NCBI GenBank assembly: GCA_964010765.1
Contig: CAXGMD010000004.1
Span: 17,338-81,337 of the forward strand
Reading direction: 5' to 3'
DNA from: an uncultured bacterium
GTDB lineage: Bacteria; SAR324; NAC60-12
Length of the DNA: 64,000 bases
The notes under the pieces were generated by a model. That model was not told the origin of the DNA and did not search any database. It saw only the letters and a program-made list of their open reading frames with translations. Shown one piece after another: positions 59,547 to 64,000 of this stretch. Within the stretch, counting starts at the first letter, position 1. Each line of letters begins with the position of its first letter. The position numbers were made by a program, and so were the translations under genes.

Positions 59547-60540
59547 TTCAATTTCTTACTCCCAGTTTCGCAAAGACCCACGAGCGTTCTGGACCATTCG
59601 ACTCAGCCGAAATCTGCAATATCAACTCTTCAAATTCGGTTTGTGGTTGGGCGATCGACTCACGCTAAGTCAACTGCAAAAGATTGGTCGTGGTATTGGT
59701 AATCTTTCTTATTGGCTACTTCCCAAGGAGAGAGGAATCGCAAAAGTCCAACTGAGACGTGTCTTTCCAGATATCTCTGAATCCATTCGTTCCCAATGGG
59801 CGCATGAATGTTTCAAGCACTTTGGGATGCTACTAATGGAATTCTTTGCCCTGAACCACTTGATGAAAAACCATCAAGAGCACGTGATCGTGGAAGGCTA
59901 TCCAATTGTTGAGCAGGCGTTAGCAAAAGGGAAAGGCGTGATCTTTGTGGGACTTCACATGGGAAACTGGGAGATGCTTCTGCCCTTTGCAGCAGAAAAA
60001 GGACACTACGCTGCCTTGGTGACAACGAACGTTCCAGATGAACGTCTGAATGAGTTGATCCGACAGCATCGGCAGAGGGGTAATCTGGAGTTGATTCCAA
60101 GGGGCGACCCAAAGACGATGCGTAAAATTCTTAACTGTTTCAAACGAAATGGAATTTTGTTTCTAGCTGTAGATCAAGACACAAATGTTCCAAGTATCTG
60201 GGCACCTTTTTTTGGAATGTTGGCCAAGACACCAGTAAGTGTTGCTCGGTTTGCCATGAAAACTGGAGCTCCGGTATTAGGATTTACGACATTGCGGCAA
60301 CCTGATGGTAGTTTTGAAGTAAAGATTTATGACTGGGGTAGCTTTCATTCTGAATCCAAAGTCCTAGAGGAAGATCTTTACAGAATTACTCGTTGGATCA
60401 ATCAAAGGATTGAGGAATTAATCCGTATCGATCCACCTCAATGGGCCTGGTTCCATCGTCGCTGGCGCCATCAAGCCTCCGCAGAAGACGAGGCTTTTTC
60501 TCTGATGATGGAACAAAAGCTTGGAGGAGGATTGAAATAA
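59541..60540 (+). CDS. lpxL: lipid A biosynthesis lauroyl/myristoyl acyltransferase-like (LpxL/HtrB family)
   Basis: LPLAT-family pattern (…VGLHMGNWEM…ILFLAVDQD…). ATGA overlap with the thrC stop. Confidence 0.7.
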
Positions 60541-60542
60541 CG

Positions 60543-61349
60543 ATGGCGTTTGTAGTCTCGAGGCAACGAAAAATATTTTACGATCTTGATGGTGAACGAG
60601 GACCATACCTTTTGCTCTATCCTTCGCTTTGGATGGATCTACAATCTTGGGAAGAAGCAGGATACCTTGATGTGTTGCAACAAGAGTATCGGGTTTTGAG
60701 AATGGATCCGCTTGGACAGGGGAGAAGTGATGATTCTGATGACATCTCCGATTATCTGCCAGCAGCACGGTTGCAAGATCTCTGTTGCCTGTTGACTGCT
60801 CTTGAATTGGATAACGTCCACTTTCTTGGAATCGGTGAGGGTGCACGTATTGGCTATTTGCTCTCAGCGTGGGAACCGAATCGTCTTCGTTCAATGGCGG
60901 TTCTGGATGGACACCCATACGTTCCTGAGGAATATGAAAAGAAGACTTGGCAACAGCATGTAGACTGGGTCAAAGCGCAAGATTGGGAGAAGCTTCGCCA
61001 GGAACCTGGTTTGAAAGAATTATCAGATCTTCAATGGGATAGAATGCAAAAAGTAAAAAGCAGCAATCGAATTGCTGCTCTGCAAGCAGAAATGCAATGG
61101 CCAGGAGTGGACCAAGAACTACCTCCTTCCCCAAGTGCTCCCGGTATGCTCTTCACCAGTACCCGAGAATCCAGCTTCATGAAGATGCGTGAGGCAGGAA
61201 GAAATTGTGCTTACTGGCGATATCATATTTTTCCCCAACTTGAATATCGTGAGGGACTTCTTGATTCAGAGATTTTGCTTCCAGCCTACTTGGATTTTGT
61301 CAGGCGACAACGTTGGGTGCCAAGGAATTATGAGGGAGGCTACCTTTGA
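60543..61349 (+). CDS. alpha/beta-hydrolase-fold protein with degenerate nucleophile elbow (GIGEG instead of GxSxG)
   Basis: HFLGIGEGARIG sits at the position of the HxxGxSxGG motif. The rest resembles the alpha/beta-hydrolase fold. Confidence 0.45.
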   Translation: MAFVVSRQRKIFYDLDGERGPYLLLYPSLWMDLQSWEEAGYLDVLQQEYRVLRMDPLGQGRSDDSDDISDYLPAARLQDLCCLLTALELDNVHFLGIGEGARIGYLLSAWEPNRLRSMAVLDGHPYVPEEYEKKTWQQHVDWVKAQDWEKLRQEPGLKELSDLQWDRMQKVKSSNRIAALQAEMQWPGVDQELPPSPSAPGMLFTSTRESSFMKMREAGRNCAYWRYHIFPQLEYREGLLDSEILLPAYLDFVRRQRWVPRNYEGGYL

Positions 61350-62293
61350 TCCAATTGGTGTTGACGCTCTGTCTGCTAACTACCTTTAGCTTCGCAGCTC
61401 TAGCTCAGGATGCGGTGGCTACTCTCTATTCATCAACAGGTGTAGTTGAGGTCACTCTATCCAAAAGTATGCGAACGACTCAGGGACGCGAAGGGTTTTT
61501 GCTTTACGAAAGAGATCTAGTCCGTACAGGAGTAGATGGGAAAGCAACGATTCTATTTCGTGATGGCTAAGAGATTCGATTGTTTGAAAACACAGAATTT
61601 CAAATTCAAGAAGCTTCTGAACAAGGAGCGGGAGAGCGTACCTTCCGAAGAAAACTATTGCTAAGATTTGGAGCATTCTTGAGCAATTTTTTTGGCAAGA
61701 GTGATTATACAGTCATAGAAACTCCTCATTTTCAATTAAAACCCGAAGGAACTTCCTTTCATGTGCAAGTGTCACAAGAGCAAGGATCGGTGGCTCTTTT
61801 CTCAGGGAAGTTATTCGTTCAAAACGTTCGAGGAAAAGCACTACTTGAGCCGGGAGAAGCGGTCCTTGGTGTAAACCGAGGTGACACACTCACTAACCGA
61901 ATTGAAAAGTTGAATCAACAACTTCAGCTTCAGGCTGAGCCAAGCGAACTCGTAAGTCAGCGCAGCCCACAAAAGCTACTGCTTCGGATTCAAGCACGTG
62001 GTCGAGAAGGGGAAGGAATTGGCGCTGGGTTACCACTTCGAATTTTTACGGATGGTGCAGGAGTTCGTTTTCCTGAAGGGGTGACCTTGGATGAGGCAGG
62101 AAAGGCAGAGGTCGAAGTTCAATTACTTGCCCCAGATCGACTGTATCAAAAGGGGCTTTTACGTTTTACCGTCATGGTCGATGATCCTCTTGGTCTAAAA
62201 ATCTCAGGAACTGAGATTGAACTTCGTAAGCCTGGTGCTGTCAAACGCTTAGAGATTGATACAGATACCGGTCAAATTCTGCCGAGGAAATGA
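61346..62293 (+). pseudogene. FecR-domain secreted protein interrupted by an in-frame TAA at 61568-61570
   Basis: Signal peptide. The FecR domain runs straight across the stop (…KATILFRDG*EIRLFENTEFQIQE…FHVQVSQEQGSVALFSGKLFVQNV…). Both halves are in the same frame. Confidence 0.55.
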
Positions 62294-63057
62294 CCTTGTG
62301 GTTTTTGCTCTGGACTTTAGGCGCTTTGAGTCTTGGTTGGTTAGCTGAGCGCTGCTGGTGCCAAATACTTCAAGAGGCTGAAATCCCACAGCCATCTCAG
62401 CGTTGTTCGTTGTGTCTCGAAATGCATACAGGCTGGCGTAAGTCGCTGCTTTTCAATGCCTTGAAAAACAAGGGAAGGTGTCTGAAATGCGGGGCAAGTT
62501 CTCCATGGTTAGCTTGGGGGTTCCCACTCGGAATTTGGCTAGGATTTTGGCCTGACAGACCGCAAGAACCTTGGCAACTTTGTCAGGAATTGCTACTTCT
62601 CTGGTCTTTGCTGCTCATCGCAGCAATTGACTGGCATACGATGTGGATTGATTATCGCATTGTCACCCTAACAATATCCCTACATTTTACGATTTTGTTA
62701 TTGAATGAACCAGGTTCAGTTCGCGGAGCAGTTTATGGCGCTCTACTTGGCGCAGGTGGATTGTATTTGTTAGGGGTTCTGTATGAGGCCCTTCGAGGTA
62801 GAGCCGGGCTTGGAGATGGTGATCCTGCGGTCATGGCTTTGATTGGGGCTTGGACTGGTCCGGAGGGGCTTGTTCTTGTTATCTTTGTGGCAGCAATCAG
62901 TGGATCGCTATTTGGTGGTTTATGGCTTCTTAAGAATCGACAGAATTGGCGAGAAACCCCAGTCCCATTTGCTCCGTTTTTGTGCCTGGGAGGACTAGTA
63001 GTGCATTGGACATATCCAGAGATTCTCGAACAATGGCCTCTGTATCAAATTTTCTGA
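62290..63057 (+). CDS. pilD: prepilin peptidase (A24 family, PilD-like)
   Basis: N-terminal CxxC...CxxC zinc motif and GDGDPAVMALIGAWTG catalytic region. ATGA overlap with the upstream gene. Confidence 0.75.
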   Translation: MTLWFLLWTLGALSLGWLAERCWCQILQEAEIPQPSQRCSLCLEMHTGWRKSLLFNALKNKGRCLKCGASSPWLAWGFPLGIWLGFWPDRPQEPWQLCQELLLLWSLLLIAAIDWHTMWIDYRIVTLTISLHFTILLLNEPGSVRGAVYGALLGAGGLYLLGVLYEALRGRAGLGDGDPAVMALIGAWTGPEGLVLVIFVAAISGSLFGGLWLLKNRQNWRETPVPFAPFLCLGGLVVHWTYPEILEQWPLYQIF

Positions 63058-63078
63058 GTTTAGACAAAAGATGAGCTG

Positions 63079-64000
63079 ATGAAGGCTAGATTTCAAACCA
63101 TCTGCTGGTTGATCACTTCGATACTGATGCTTTTTCCAATGAGTATGAACGCTCAGGAAGAACCAATGAGTATCTCTGGGGTAGAACTGCTACGCAAAGG
63201 TGAGCAGGTCAGCATCACTCTGCAAACCAGTGGCAAGCCGATCTATGAGCTTAATGAAAATCTCAAAGCCCGCACCTTGGTTGTCAAATTCCGCAACACT
63301 AAGGCAGCTTTTGCGGATGGACGACGTGATCGATTGTTCAATGATCCGCAGGTTGAAGGAATAAGGTTTTTGGATATGGAGCCCGACACCTGGGCCCAAT
63401 TCAAGCTTCGTAAGGATGATTTAATTTTTGACATGGTACCAGGCAGTAATCCTGGGCAATTGGTCTTCCGATTCCGTCCGCTAATTCAACTACCTCCTGT
63501 TACACTCCCGCCAGATCCCGAGCCAGCAACTATTGCCTTGGAAGCTTTGGATTACGACGACAGCAATCCAGACTTTACGAGTCTGACCTTCTCATTCACG
63601 GGTCCTCCTCGCTTGTTTGTTCTGGAAAACCCTCAGGATCGAACGGTACGCTTACGGTTTGCGGATACAGCCCCGGCTGATTCATTTACGCTGACACCCT
63701 ATGAAGATGGTCGTGTGCGGGTTGATGAATTGACAACTGATCCTAATCAGGTGTTTGTCACGTTAGGTCAGATTGCGTCAGATTTCAGGCTGGAAAAAGA
63801 TGAGCTATCAGATCCCGCCCGTTGGGTGATTCGAATCTATGGTCAACCCATTTTTCAAGACATTGCCATTGAGGAGGAGGATTCTTCATTAACACCAGAT
63901 GAAGCTGCCAAGTTAGATCGAGAAAAACGTGTTCGTAACGCAGAGATTAGAGCCGCTTACCAGCAAGGTGAAAATCATTTCCGCAAAAGCGAATACGACC
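63079..64000 (+). CDS. AMIN-domain protein (two AMIN-like repeats; possibly a PilQ-like secretin N-terminus), 3'-truncated by window edge
   Basis: I translated this ORF myself; it is open to the window end. It has a signal peptide and two segments with AMIN-like beta-rich pattern (…LVVKFRNTKAAF…, …VRLRFADTAPADSFTL…). Confidence 0.45.
   Translation, partial: MKARFQTICWLITSILMLFPMSMNAQEEPMSISGVELLRKGEQVSITLQTSGKPIYELNENLKARTLVVKFRNTKAAFADGRRDRLFNDPQVEGIRFLDMEPDTWAQFKLRKDDLIFDMVPGSNPGQLVFRFRPLIQLPPVTLPPDPEPATIALEALDYDDSNPDFTSLTFSFTGPPRLFVLENPQDRTVRLRFADTAPADSFTLTPYEDGRVRVDELTTDPNQVFVTLGQIASDFRLEKDELSDPARWVIRIYGQPIFQDIAIEEEDSSLTPDEAAKLDREKRVRNAEIRAAYQQGENHFRKSEYD

Noticed and set aside
59813-60112. 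99-aa ORF on the - strand
   Set aside because: It is antisense within the lpxL-like gene, which has clear family similarity on the + strand.
1-64000. CRISPR arrays, rRNA and tRNA genes
   Set aside because: No short regularly spaced direct repeats, no rRNA-like conserved stretches, and no tRNA-like sequences (no GGTTCGAAT T-loop boxes) appear in the few intergenic gaps above 100 bp.

Overview
This 64 kb window is a chromosomal segment from an AT-rich diderm bacterium (roughly 40-45 % GC by eye). LPS and lipoprotein machinery are present (lpxL-like acyltransferase, GT9 heptosyltransferase, lnt), and I see no rRNA, tRNA or CRISPR. Most of it is densely packed housekeeping: menC (partial), an atypical division cluster ftsZ-bpt-moaC-ftsL-ftsI, a DEAD-box helicase, carB, clpS-clpA, cysE, a tail-specific protease, hpt, an ABC-F ATPase, hrpA, leuS, leuA, type-2 ileS, lnt, thrC, and a pilD/AMIN type IV pilus fragment at the 3' end. 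The clearest accessory element is a complete group II intron (~36.98-39.68 kb) carrying an intact RT/maturase/HNH ORF and a recognisable ribozyme domain V. It sits next to a frameshifted DHFR-family pseudogene. I found no canonical defence or mobile island, so the candidates for something undescribed are listed individually in the findings. They include a 967-aa Hsp70-like protein with a long novel C-terminal region, a 324-aa FtsZ that lacks the C-terminal tail, and an unknown 416-aa protein divergent from a solitary FliN/SpoA gene. They also include two tandem paralogous lipoproteins, a four-gene operon encoding a secreted FGE-sulfatase-domain protein, a 239-aa serine-recombinase homologue with Asn in place of the catalytic Ser, and a FecR-domain gene with an in-frame TAA.
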